Shown here: one piece after another, positions 22,667 to 34,107 of the stretch
How the letters are laid out: each line of letters begins with the position of its first letter
Position numbering within the stretch: position 1 is the stretch's first letter
Assembly: GCA_949358305.1 (NCBI GenBank)
Contig: OX442314.1
Span: forward strand, 13,144,001-13,208,000
Length of the DNA stretch: 64,000 nucleotides
DNA from: Strigamia acuminata
Taxonomy: Eukaryota
Direction of reading: 5' to 3'
The notes under the pieces: generated by a model
The model's database searches: none
What the model saw: the letters and a program-made list of their open reading frames with translations, nothing else
Told to the model about the DNA's origin: nothing
Program-made: the position numbers and the translations under genes

Positions 22667-25600
22667 ATGGCCGAAATTTCGGAAATCGATAAGCTGAAGA
22701 GGAATCGCACGACCGCGAGAACGGCGTGCACCCGGCTGACCAACTCGACAGCCGGCTTGCTGGCAGAGGTGCCGGTCGATTTGAAGAAGTTGGCGCGACA
22801 CAGAGCCCAACTACAAGCCAAAAAGGACATTTTGGCGGGACTGGACGAACGGATTGGAAACCTGATCACCGACGACAATGAAGCCACGGCCGACCAAGAA
22901 ACAGCGGACATCTACCAGGAACGCCTGATAGACCACATGGAGGACTTAGTGCAGCACGCGGACGAGATACGACGAGCCGAGGTGGGACAAGCGAACGAGG
23001 CGACAGCGGCCGCCAACCAAAAAAAACTGGAGGACGCGATCGCCGCCCAGATGCTGCTGAACCAACAGGCCATCACCGCTCAAATCGCCGCCCAGGTCCA
23101 AGTCCATTTGCCGCCACCAGCCGTGCCGCCACCGGTCAACGAGGAGCAGGATGCAGGTTCTATGAAATTACCCACTATTAATATGAACAAATATAACGGG
23201 GACCCGACCAAATGGTGCGACTTTTGGTCAAATTACGAAATTGGAATCGGGAGCAATAAGAGACTTACACCAAAGGCTAAACTGGTATATCTGAAAACAT
23301 TTTTGGAGGGGCCGGCGGCCAGTGTTGTTGCTGGACTTAATCCAACCGATGAAAATTATGAAACCGCCAAGGAACTTTTGAAAAATCGTTTTGGCAAGAA
23401 AAATGTCGTAATTAATGCCCATTTGCGCGCCATAGAAAGAGTGCCAGCGGTGAAAAAGATTGGGGATTTGACGGCGCTCAGGAGGCTGTATGACGAGTGC
23501 GAGTTGCACGTGCGCAGCCTGGAGAACTTGGAAGTTGAAGTGGCCACATTTGGCGCTCTGTTGTGCCCAAAATTGATGGCCGCCGTGCCAGATTTTATCG
23601 CGATGGGATTCGCGCAGGGGGACAACGACGACGAGACTGACATTAAAGCTTTCCTCACTTATTTAAACAAGCAAATTGGGTTGAGGGAGCGAACGGCCGC
23701 CGCTAATGATTATAACAAAGAGTCAAATTTGGAGGAAAAGAAAACAAGCCGACCCACGTTTACAAAAAACACTGAATGGGTTAAAAAGAAAGTGACTCTG
23801 CCATCGGTCAACGCCCTCACCATCAGCACAAATGAGTGCATTTATTGCGAGGTCACCGAGCACGCGACGGAAGCCTGCCCACTGCCGCCCCACAAGAAAA
23901 GACGAAATTTGATGCGAGCGGGTCGATGTTTTTTGTGCTTTGATAAAGGGCATCGGGTGACTAAATGCACGGCGAAAATAAAGTGTGAGAAATGCAAGCG
24001 GCGCCATCATACACAGCTCTGCGAGGACGACGACCCGGAGGAAATTAAAACAACAGCCGTGTGGAGTGCTAACAAAAATGAGTTGTATTTTCAGGTGCTG
24101 ATGGTGGACGTTGAGTCGGATGAAAGGAAAAGGACGGTGCAATGCTTTTTCGACGGAGGAAGCCACCGGACGTTCATCACAGAGAAGTTATCAAAAGAAC
24201 TGAATGCACAAGAGGTCGGGGAAGCTGTAATGAATATTGTGCCGTTTGGTCAACGGGAACCGACGCCGACACAGCGCAAACAAGTTCGAGTAACTTTGTG
24301 CGCACGAGACGGGGAAAACAGTCGGATTGAGGTGCAAGCAATCGTGGTGCCGTGGATCACCAGCTCCGTGGTCAAGAGAGCAGACGACAACATTCAAACA
24401 ATGCTGAACAAACACGGAATTCGACTAAACATCGATCAGAACCAAGTCCGACACGGTGACGTATCAATTTTGGTTGGGATAGACTATTTTTGGAAAATTG
24501 TGAACGGTCGTGTTGAGAGACTTGGGCCAGGATTGGTGGGACTTGAAACCATGTTTGGTTGGACCATTCACGGGTCAAACGAAGAAATTGACAGAAAAGA
24601 AAAAAATCTGATTATTCCAGTAAACTTGACTAAATATGAAGAAAGTTTAGATTTAAAATTACAGAAATTTTGGGAGCTGGACACAATCGGAATCATGCAC
24701 GAATCCACCACCGGAAGACAAGACGAAGATCTACAAGCACTCGAAGGATTCAAACGATCGTTAAAATGGAACGGCGTGCGGTACGAAGTGCGACTACCTT
24801 GGTTGGTCTCGAAGGACGAGTTGGAAGATAATTATAACATCGCCCTTCGTCGATTTTGGAATTTGGTTCGCAAATTCAAAAAAGATCCGAGTTTGTACGC
24901 CAAGTATCGCGAAGTAATCAACAGCCAAATAGCCGAGGGGATCGTGGAAGACGTGCCAACAGGAAACACCAACAAAAACAGATGTTATTACCTGCCACAC
25001 AGCCCCGTAGTTCGTGAGCAACGAGAGACGACGAAATTGCGTGTCGTTTGCGACGCTTCGTCACATGGCGCCAAAAACAAATCTTTAAATGACTGCTTAT
25101 TCACTGGACCGAACCTGTTGCCTGAAATAATAAGAATGTTAATCCATTTCAGAACTTTCATTTACGCCGCCATAGGGGACATAGTCAAGGCATTTCACCA
25201 GATCGGCATTCACATCGACGACAGGGACTGTTTGCGATTTTTTTGGTTGTGTGACGAGTGGGATGGAAAGGGACCGTTGAAGTTACGAATTTTGAGGCAG
25301 ACTCGAGTATTGTTTGGAGCCACACCAAGCCCCTTCCTGTTGAACGCAACCATCCGCGAGCATCTAATGAAATACGTCGAGCAATATCCAGAAACGGTTC
25401 TGCAAGTATTGTTGCGATTTTATGTCGACGATTTTATCAACAGCAACCACGACGAGGCGATACTGACGAAAACGTGTTACGAGGTCGCGGAGATATTAAA
25501 AGGGGCCAACATGGAACTCACGAAGTGGATGACAAACTCGAGTCAGGTGCGAGAAAGAATGACACCGTCGGCGACAAACGACAAAACAATAACAAAGGTT

Positions 25601-27982
25601 TTGGGTCTAATTTGGGATATAAATTTGGACGTATTGTCACTCGAAATGAATGAACTTTTGGAAAAATTAGAAGAAAAACAAATCACAAAAAGGCATGTAA
25701 TTCAAGTGGTGGCCAGCATTTTCGATCCAGTCGGATTCGTCAGTCCATTCAGTGTAACGGGAAAACTAATTTTTCAAGGACTTTGGCGATTGAAATTAGA
25801 GTGGGATAAAAAATTGCCTGAAGAAGAAGCTGAGAGATGGCAAAGTTGGAGAAATCAAGTTCCACTGCTTGCAAAGATTAAGGTGCCACGTTGGATGGGT
25901 TTCAGCAGTGACTTTTCGAACGCTCAGATTCATGTGTTTTGCGACGCCAGCCCGCTCGCTTATGGCGTGGTGATTTATGCCAGAGTGGGCAATGCTAATA
26001 ATAATAAAATTTGTTTCATTCTCTCCAAATCTAGAATCGCTCCGGTAAAAACGATTACGTTGCCTCGACTGGAATTGATGGGGGCACTCCTGTCATCGAG
26101 GTTAATTGCTAAATTAAACGAGTTGCCGGCGTCAAGGACAATATGTTGGACGGATTCGACCATAGTGTTGGCGTGGCTGAAGCGGGGGAACAGCAAGACG
26201 ATTCCTTTCGTGTCCCGACGAGTCGAGGAGATTCAACTCAACGCGCCACACGCGGAATGGCGCCACGTCCCCGGCAAAGAGAATCCAGCCGACCTGCTGA
26301 CCAGAGGGATAGACGCACAACAGCTGTTGGACGACCAAATTTGGTGGAAAGGGCCAAAATGGTTGTCACAGAACGAGAACACTTGGCCACAGGTGGACAT
26401 TGAACCCGAATTCGACGAAGAAGCCGACGAACAAGTCAATGTCGTGATCGATGACGAGCCACCTTTGAAAGAACTTTTAATCAATTTAAATACATGCAGT
26501 TCGTGGACGAGCTTGTTGCACAGAACGGGGTGGGTACAACGATTTGCGGACAATTTGAAACGAAAGGAAAGGAACGGATCACCATTGTCGTTAGACGAAT
26601 TACGCCGCGCCGAGCATTATTGGATTGGTGCAGTGCAGCAACTTTATTTTTCGAGTGAAATTAAATCAATTGAGGCGGGACGACGAGTCGAGACAGATTC
26701 CGTGTTGAGCCAAATCGACTGCGCATTCGACGACCACCACCTTCTACATGTGCGAACCAGACTCGAGTGGGGCGAGGTTCGAAGAGAAGCTAAGGGACCA
26801 TGGGTGTTGCCAGGAGGACAGCGAATTACTGAACTTTTGATATTAGACGCGCATCAACGAGTTTTTCACGGCGGTCTCGGCGACACTCTCGCAGAAATAC
26901 GGACGCGATTTTGGATTCCAAGAGCGAGATCGTGTATAAAGAAGATAATTCATAATTGTTTTATTTGCAGAAAAGTCCAAGGTCGTTTGATGCGACAAAT
27001 AGAAGCGCCATTGCCAGTTGATCGAGTCAGAAGAGCTGATCCCTTTCAAATAGTAGGAATTGATTTCGCCGGCCCTCTTTACCAACGCGCGGGAAATAAG
27101 TGTTACATTGCTCTCATCACGTGCGCAGTGACAAGAGCCATTCATTTAGAGTTAGTATCTTCTATGAGTACAGATGATTTTGTAATGGCATTAAAAAGAT
27201 TTTTTGCTCGTCGCTGCGTACCAGAGGTAATATATTCGGACAACGCTAAAACGTTTAAGAGGGCCGATGCTGAATTAAGAGTTTTGATGGGGGCCATTAA
27301 ATCGACCAAGATTGGTAACTTTCTTTCGCAACGCCAAATCACATGGAAATTCATTGTTGAGCGAGCAGCATGGTGGGGAGGTTTTTGGGAGAGGATGGTG
27401 AGGACGGTTAAGGTGTCACTAAAGAAAATTTTGGGGCGTCGTGTATTGACATTCGAAGAGTTGACCACCACTTTGTGTGAAGTGGAAGCGATGATAAATT
27501 CACGACCAATTTCATACGTGTATGCAGATGCTCAGGAAAAAGAGCCGCTGACACCGTCTCACTTCCTAGTTGGAAGACGTCACATTTCGCTCCCAGGAAC
27601 TCATCAACATGACCCCAAACAGATGGATGCTGGTGCGGTTGAACTCTTGAAGCGATGGAGACTTCGTGAGCGCTTGCTAAAACAGATTTGGAGGCGCTGG
27701 AACCACGAATACCTGATTGAGCTTAGGGTATTTCGAACCGACAACATCAAAAGGGATTTGAGGGTTAACGACGTCGTGTTGATACAAGACGAGAATCAAC
27801 CGAGGTCAGTGTGGGCAATGGGATTGGTAACACTTGTTTTTCCTGGGCGGGATGGGAAAGTGAGGTCCTGTGAGGTCCGACTCGCCACAGGGAAGAAGTT
27901 GAGGCGTCCCATACAAAGATTGTGCCTTTTGGAAGCGCACGAGGACATTGTCGCAGATGTTAGCGACCCCCCCCCAGTGTAA
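22667..27982 (+). CDS. BEL/Pao Gag-Pol polyprotein, 1771 aa from the ATG at 22667
   Basis: Uninterrupted ORF. Gag region (YNGDPTKWCDFW, LKTFLEGPA). Three Cys/His knuckles (CIYCEVTEHATEAC, CFLCFDKGHRVTKC, CEKCKRRHHTQLC). Aspartic protease FFDGGSHRTFI. RT (YYLPHSPV, GDIVKAFHQI, VLFGATPSPF, FYVDD). Pao-type RNase H (HVFCDAS, TLPRLELMGA, WTDS, NPADLLTRG). Integrase with HHCC and D-D-E (IDFAGP, YSDNA, GFWERMV). Confidence 0.97.
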   Translation: MAEISEIDKLKRNRTTARTACTRLTNSTAGLLAEVPVDLKKLARHRAQLQAKKDILAGLDERIGNLITDDNEATADQETADIYQERLIDHMEDLVQHADEIRRAEVGQANEATAAANQKKLEDAIAAQMLLNQQAITAQIAAQVQVHLPPPAVPPPVNEEQDAGSMKLPTINMNKYNGDPTKWCDFWSNYEIGIGSNKRLTPKAKLVYLKTFLEGPAASVVAGLNPTDENYETAKELLKNRFGKKNVVINAHLRAIERVPAVKKIGDLTALRRLYDECELHVRSLENLEVEVATFGALLCPKLMAAVPDFIAMGFAQGDNDDETDIKAFLTYLNKQIGLRERTAAANDYNKESNLEEKKTSRPTFTKNTEWVKKKVTLPSVNALTISTNECIYCEVTEHATEACPLPPHKKRRNLMRAGRCFLCFDKGHRVTKCTAKIKCEKCKRRHHTQLCEDDDPEEIKTTAVWSANKNELYFQVLMVDVESDERKRTVQCFFDGGSHRTFITEKLSKELNAQEVGEAVMNIVPFGQREPTPTQRKQVRVTLCARDGENSRIEVQAIVVPWITSSVVKRADDNIQTMLNKHGIRLNIDQNQVRHGDVSILVGIDYFWKIVNGRVERLGPGLVGLETMFGWTIHGSNEEIDRKEKNLIIPVNLTKYEESLDLKLQKFWELDTIGIMHESTTGRQDEDLQALEGFKRSLKWNGVRYEVRLPWLVSKDELEDNYNIALRRFWNLVRKFKKDPSLYAKYREVINSQIAEGIVEDVPTGNTNKNRCYYLPHSPVVREQRETTKLRVVCDASSHGAKNKSLNDCLFTGPNLLPEIIRMLIHFRTFIYAAIGDIVKAFHQIGIHIDDRDCLRFFWLCDEWDGKGPLKLRILRQTRVLFGATPSPFLLNATIREHLMKYVEQYPETVLQVLLRFYVDDFINSNHDEAILTKTCYEVAEILKGANMELTKWMTNSSQVRERMTPSATNDKTITKVLGLIWDINLDVLSLEMNELLEKLEEKQITKRHVIQVVASIFDPVGFVSPFSVTGKLIFQGLWRLKLEWDKKLPEEEAERWQSWRNQVPLLAKIKVPRWMGFSSDFSNAQIHVFCDASPLAYGVVIYARVGNANNNKICFILSKSRIAPVKTITLPRLELMGALLSSRLIAKLNELPASRTICWTDSTIVLAWLKRGNSKTIPFVSRRVEEIQLNAPHAEWRHVPGKENPADLLTRGIDAQQLLDDQIWWKGPKWLSQNENTWPQVDIEPEFDEEADEQVNVVIDDEPPLKELLINLNTCSSWTSLLHRTGWVQRFADNLKRKERNGSPLSLDELRRAEHYWIGAVQQLYFSSEIKSIEAGRRVETDSVLSQIDCAFDDHHLLHVRTRLEWGEVRREAKGPWVLPGGQRITELLILDAHQRVFHGGLGDTLAEIRTRFWIPRARSCIKKIIHNCFICRKVQGRLMRQIEAPLPVDRVRRADPFQIVGIDFAGPLYQRAGNKCYIALITCAVTRAIHLELVSSMSTDDFVMALKRFFARRCVPEVIYSDNAKTFKRADAELRVLMGAIKSTKIGNFLSQRQITWKFIVERAAWWGGFWERMVRTVKVSLKKILGRRVLTFEELTTTLCEVEAMINSRPISYVYADAQEKEPLTPSHFLVGRRHISLPGTHQHDPKQMDAGAVELLKRWRLRERLLKQIWRRWNHEYLIELRVFRTDNIKRDLRVNDVVLIQDENQPRSVWAMGLVTLVFPGRDGKVRSCEVRLATGKKLRRPIQRLCLLEAHEDIVADVSDPPPV

Positions 27983-28457
27983 AAACTAGGGTTTTAGTGT
28001 ATTTTAATTTTGTATTAAATTGGTGTTGGGAAATTTTGGGTTTTTACTGTAATCTGTTTTGATTGCCTTCTGCGAATTTTTTGAAGGGAAAACCCGAGTC
28101 TTTTGTTGTGATTCTAGAAGTGTCTAAATTTACACCAGATGTGGTGACGTTTTCTATTGTTTAGAGTTTTTGACCTTTTTTTTGACTTTTTGTTCTCATT
28201 TTCTGAGAACTATTTATATTTGTATGTTTTGTTCTTGTTTCCAAGAACTAATTATTTCATGTATTTAACATCGTTTTTCAACGAAAATAAACCAGTACAA
28301 ACTTTCACTTTACCCAAGCAGGACTGCTCTTGTTGAGCAGTTAGAATTTATTTGTATTCACACACTGAAAAAGAACTTAGAAATTTTCGAAACCTGAACC
28401 AACTGAATTTACATCAAAAAAGCGAACTTTTAACATTCACAAACTGGGATTTTCACA
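27978..28457 (+). repeat. 3' LTR (480 bp)
   Basis: Identical by eye to 22098-22577 and followed by TSD TAAAT. Confidence 0.97.
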
Positions 28458-28958
28458 TAAATATACCGGGCCTAGACTTGTATAATTCTTGGTACAAATG
28501 CAGGCAATCCGCCTTTAAGTTTAAGGCCATGATCATGTTAAGTTGAAAATACAAAAACGGAAAAAACACAAACGTCAAGCTGTAGAAGACAAATGAGATG
28601 TCTGGAAGAGCTCTGAATACTGGTTTCTTTATTAAATAACATTGAAACTGTAGGAACACACTAGACGATTTGAAAACTCCAATAAAGACATTTGTTTCCT
28701 CCTACCTTCTTAGTAGTATAATGTATTAACATTTTGCATGGTTGAAAAAGCAATGGCTTGGACCCCAAGGAGTCACGAGCCGGGAGTTGAACCCAGCTAC
28801 TACGTTTGCTGGAAGGCTGCTTCTGGGATCTGAGCTGTTTTTTTTTTCATTAATCTTGGTACATTGTACAGTTTGTACTATTAAGAATGCAGAATGAAAA
28901 GAATCAAACGATGTTTTTGTCTTTGATATATTTGTCATCGTTTATGTCGTAAACCTTA

Positions 28959-29316
28959 TGCTGGGCGCGCACATACCAAATCGCGTCACGATCGCGTTGC
29001 CATTGCGCATGCGCAAATGACGTCATTTCCTTCGCGCCGGTTTGAAATCTACTTTAGAAAATAGTACTTGTCCCAAGTACTATTTCGCCCGCGATTCATG
29101 TCGCAGCCAATCCGTGAGCTGTGTGAAATGACGTCATTTCATCAACATTTTCCACCGAAATGGTGGGCAGGTTTTTCGGATCAGGAATGACGTCGTAACA
29201 TTGAAATAGCAAAGCTGAAATAGCTACATGTGTGTAGCATTGCGCGCGATTCACAGGGCGATTTTGCTTGCAAAATTGCGACGCGATGTGAAATCGCGAT
29301 ATGTGTGCGCCCAGCA
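28959..29316. mobile_element. Harbinger-like MITE
   Basis: TIR tgctgggcgc(g/a)cacata with subterminal atcgcg/cgcgat repeats and internal atgacgtcat palindromes. TSD imperfect (tta/gta). Confidence 0.7.
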
Positions 29317-32300
29317 GTAGTTATTACACATAAAGGCAGTGGCGTAGGAAGACATCAATGGGCGCGTATGCATGTTGGATGATAGACCCTTTGACCTAGG
29401 TTTTTCATTGTCTAAAAAACCTAAATAGCTTAAAAAAATACCCGATAAAATGTACTCAGTACGGATCAGATAGTGCTCGTCCAGACCGGTTTGTTGGACC
29501 CAACCTATACCCAGCAATGTTAAATTCCCTCCCCCATCCAGACAGCTTGTTAGTCCGGACAACTTTATGGGAGCCGTCCTACGTTCTGGTTACACAGACA
29601 TGGCCACTTTAACCACTGGGCTAACTGGACTGCAACCCAGGGGCGCTAAGCTCCTCCTACAAAGAGTTTTCATAAGTGTTCATATATAACTTAACTTGTA
29701 AATGTAAAAATGATTTTTTTTTAATTACGGCAAGGGACAAGGGGCGTCTGATTTTTTTTTTAGCCCAGGGAGCTGAAAAGTGTTATGAGGGCCCTGTGCA
29801 CAGAGTACATACTGCATGGAAACATTTTGGGTGAAAGGGCACTTCAGCTCATCGTCTGACATGTGGAATGGGAATGTATCTTTATGTGGTCAGTGTGTTA
29901 GGTGGTAAATAATTTGTTCCAATATATGTGTTTTATTCAAAATAGCAGAACCAACCACCAATTAAATGAGCGAGGTAATCAGGATATTCAGGAAATCACT
30001 AAGGCTTGAGTGCAGACAAGTCCTAATAGAGTAGGATTGAATCGTATTTTATCTTTTTCTTGTTTCAATAAAATTTAATGCTCGCGATAGGCGATGTTAA
30101 AGATGACCCTAAGGATTAGATTGTAATCCACCCTTGGGTTAACACTTTTTTTTACAGCATTCAGTCATGTTTTAAACGTTAGAGCCATAGGCTATTAGAA
30201 GACATATCAGAGTTTTCAATGACTTGTCATCTTTTTCTTTTTTTTTCAAAAAAAATTCATATCGGCTTAGTTTTACGAGAGTTTTAGAAGGCAATAAATA
30301 TGTGCGTCTTTTTCTTGATAATTTTGACGTACGTGTAATTGATTAATGAGCTGAGTAGACCTTTACTGAACTAAATCATGGTGACTGCCATCTAGTGCCA
30401 AAACGTGATAGGAAATGCTGTAGCTAAAAGTCTACACCAGTGGTTCATGGTGCATGCATCTTTTAGGGATTGCTGATCGTGGCGGGTGCGAGAAGTTGTG
30501 TTAAAAATATTATCGTATATGTGCGTGCAAAACACTACCGTGAAGTGGGGGGTGCGCATTATACATGCGGCATTAAAAAAAAAATTGTTACATACGTAGA
30601 ATGGATGTATAGCGTACATAGAACATACGTATAACATGTTAGTGTATGTATGAAGTACCTGTTAGTTAATTGTTAGTTAAAAATTCTACCGTAGCAGCAA
30701 AGCAGCCTTGAAATAGCCATAATGAGCTAACCGAAGCGCAAGAAATGTTCAATGACTCAGAAGATGAAGAATTTTATGGCTTCTAACATTTCCTTTAAAA
30801 TAAATTTTAAAATAAATATGAATTCGTACTTTTATGGAACATGATTTATGGGTGCGCATTGTACATGCAAACACCATTTGTTGACACCTGATTATGCCAT
30901 TTCTTTGTTTTGGGTGAATACCTTTTTTTTTGCCATCAACTGGCGGAATTTTCTTAAAGTTTAGGTCGACAGTATTTCATTTCTTTTGTTGAAATCTACT
31001 GTTGATTTGCATTGTTATACAATGAAGGGATTGCGAATAGTTCGAACCTTGCATTTGAGTCACTTTTGCAGCATAAGGGATTTTTCAGCCGTTCTGATTG
31101 GTTTTCGCGGTCAGGTGATCGGCAAGAGCCAATCCAATTGCCCAAATGTGACCATACAAACTAACAATTAAGTCCTAGATGGGTTAAAAATAATTCTCTT
31201 TAGACTCGTGTTCATTTAAAAAGTAAATGGCGCCTGGTTTGACAATCTACACGTGATCTAAAGAAACTATAGATTTTTAGATTCAAATCATTGAGACGAA
31301 TCGATCCGTATGTACAGTACTACATTAAAGTTAGATGAATGGGAATAAACAAAAAAGCAAATACAAGCGGCAGTGCTTGCAACTTGAGCATCAGAGATTT
31401 GTTTGGCATGTATTAAATTTATTATTATGCCACCATTTTACGGGTCCGAAAAGAAATAAACGCCCGGGCCGCAATTTGAAGCTTTACGTTGTAATGGCTG
31501 GTTTGGTTGTTAAAAAAATTCGATGTAACGAATTATCGATATAATAAATCGATTTTTCGGATCCCTTGCGATTCGTTATAAAGAGTTTCGATGTATACCT
31601 ACACACCCGAGGTTGCATATAAATTTCTCGGTCTAAAAGGGGGTCTAAAAGGGGTTGCGAGTGAAAAAAGTTTCTTGCTCTAATGTACCCAATACAATCT
31701 ATAAGTATGTACGTTAAATGATATTTTTTACGATAACGTCTCGCACTCCCAGGAGTGGCATTTTGCAACCCTGGTTAAGTTAGTGGTCTACACAATGAAA
31801 TTTCTATATGGCGAGTGGTGACTGTAGAATTGAATAGTAAAATGTGTCATAGTGGTCCTTTGAGCAATGCATTATATTTTTCGTTTAAGTGGAGAGTTTG
31901 TTGGAGCCGGGTTTGACCTTCGCTTAACCTCTTAGAATGTATACAAGGGTGTAATGTTTAACTTCCATAAAACTTTGCAAGTGTGATAAGTATCCTAGTC
32001 ATACTTATAAAGTTTTGAAGAGATATAAACTGCCGTAAAAGGATTACCGTGCTAATAGGAGTGCATCGAGTTATGGGGAACTGTGGAGCGATTTAAATTT
32101 TTCTTGCCTAGAATTTTGACTTCAGCGATAGTTAAAATGAGAAGCTGTTGCTTTAAATCTATGCAATTTAATGAGTAAAAAAAAATAAATAAATAGGAAA
32201 TAGTTGTTTGGTAATGTTCTTAATCTCGTTGTGCATGCTTGAAGAGATTAAGTTAATTTGAAGTTGAGAATTTGACCAGTGCCATGTCATTAAAGGGTTG

Positions 32301-33718
32301 CGCGCTAGAACATACCGAGTCGTTATTTTTTAAAAAAATCATTAAACTGAAGCACTAAACTTTATATTTTTAATGAGGACTTAATATTACATTGACCATG
32401 CAATCTTCTTAAACCATTAACTAGATTAAAAAATAAAAGCAAAAACAAAATTACTTTAATTCATCCATAAATAATCAAATAGTTTTCTATTTTCGTTTGC
32501 CACTTCAGCAATGCAGCTCGGAAAAAAAATGTATAGAATAAAAAATGACAATATTTTTTGTTTTATTTTTCTTTTTTCTTTTGAGATATTATTTTTTTTC
32601 TTCGCTAGAGGATCAAGAACTAATGGGAGACCCATTAACTGTAGCACCTAGATTTTTTTTTGCTACTTTGTTCTCATTTTGGCTGACATTTGCCATTTTT
32701 ACCATTAAAAAAGGAGGGAAAAGAAAATTAGTTTGCCAAGTGGATGAATCGGTTCGCACATCTTTCTTTTTACCTGCTAATTAGAGGATGATATATTATA
32801 AATTAGCAATTAGTGCGACTGCGCACTATTTGCGTCCTGCGGAAGTTGGTTTTTTTTTTCGAAGAATAATTTTATTTGTGCCTCTTATTTTCTGCATTAG
32901 CATAAAGGAGGTGATGGTTTTAGGTGAACGTGCTTTGAGCTGCAGCAAGTGCGATAAAGTTGGCAGTGGGTGGGAGTGTTGAATAGTAAGAACGAGTGTC
33001 GATTTTCAATTTACATGAGCGAAACGTTGTCATTGGATTTGGGTGCGAGAAATCCACCGCTTCTGCCATTGTGAGGACGACGACCGCCAGTCGAATATGA
33101 TGGCGGGAGGACTCGAGCACGAGCAAAGCCAATAGCAAAATAGAAAGGCATTTGTGCTTATGTACACAAACTTCGGTATCTGTTATCAGATAAGCTGAGA
33201 AAAGAAATCTCCATTTCCTGCAGATTGCATTTCGGCTTCTCGTATTGTGAGAGATTGAAAGGATTGATAATGAAGATGTTATGTGTAGAAAGGGGAAAGT
33301 TAAGTTCATGCAACATGAATAAAAATAGGAATTTTTGTTGCTTCTGTAGAGTCGACAGTGCTACTGCACAAGCATTGGGAAAAAATATGTGGAGGACAGA
33401 ACTCCTAGGCTCTTGGGGCCCCATTATTTTGTCAGAAATGAATTTTTTCACTAAAAAAAGTGAATTATTTTGCTTAATTGGTTCATTTTCCCGCATTTGA
33501 TCTAAAAAGCGCCTTCATAAGCGCTTTAAAAAAATAATTTTGTTCTTTTGTGGAAAAAGTGCTTGCAGCAGGGCGGAAAATTTCTGTAAAAAATTAATTG
33601 CAAACATCCTGAAATTAGTAATTTATTTCTGTTTATTGTTTAATTATTCACACGATGGTTTGACCCTTTTGATCCAGACGATCAGAGGTGATTTTCTACT
33701 TTCAAATTCTTGTTGCAC

Positions 33719-34107
33719 TCTAACCAACTACAAGTTGGTCCTTTTTCCCATTGGGCGAGCCTCATTACTCCTACTGTACTGCCACCAGGAAAAGTAGTTT
33801 TATTTTTATTTATTTATTTTTTTTATTATACTAAATGATTAAAATGATGAAATTTTATTTGTATTTTATAATAAAATGTTTTTTCCATTCATGGAATTGA
33901 GTTTTATGTTATTTTTAATTCATCATACATATTTGTTTAGTTTATTGGTTACTTTGTCAGGAAAGCAAACAATTTTTAAATTTTTTTTTCCGATTACAAT
34001 GTCTGTACATCAAGTACAATTCTGGTGGTTTGGTCTATTTTTTGTATCACTACACAAGTGAAATGGCTCACCCAATGGGAGAAAGGACCAACTTGTAGTT
34101 GGTTAGA
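33719..34107. mobile_element. TATACTC-family MITE
   Basis: About 43-bp TIR tctaaccaactacaagttggtcctttttcccattgggcgagcc. Shared core gccaccaggaaaagtagtttt ... cactacac.agtga. Confidence 0.85.

Larger units (their letters stand above)
22098..28457 (+). mobile_element. Full-length BEL/Pao (Belpaoviridae) LTR retrotransposon
   Basis: Two 480-bp direct repeats (TGT...ACA), 5-bp TSD TAAAT (22093-22097 and 28458-28462), PBS directly after the 5' LTR, and a single ORF in Gag-PR-RT-RH-IN order. Confidence 0.97.

Noticed and set aside
22603..27471. Short alternative-frame and antisense ORFs within the retrotransposon
   Set aside because: Shadows of the polyprotein. No env-like or accessory features seen.
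28770..28800. tRNA gene (B-box GGTTCAACTCC on minus strand)
   Set aside because: No cloverleaf or A-box could be built. At most a SINE remnant.
29946..29990. Neurexin micro-exon (tagcag...gag|gtaatc)
   Set aside because: In phase with the upstream phase-1 donor, both acceptors hit TAA within a few codons.
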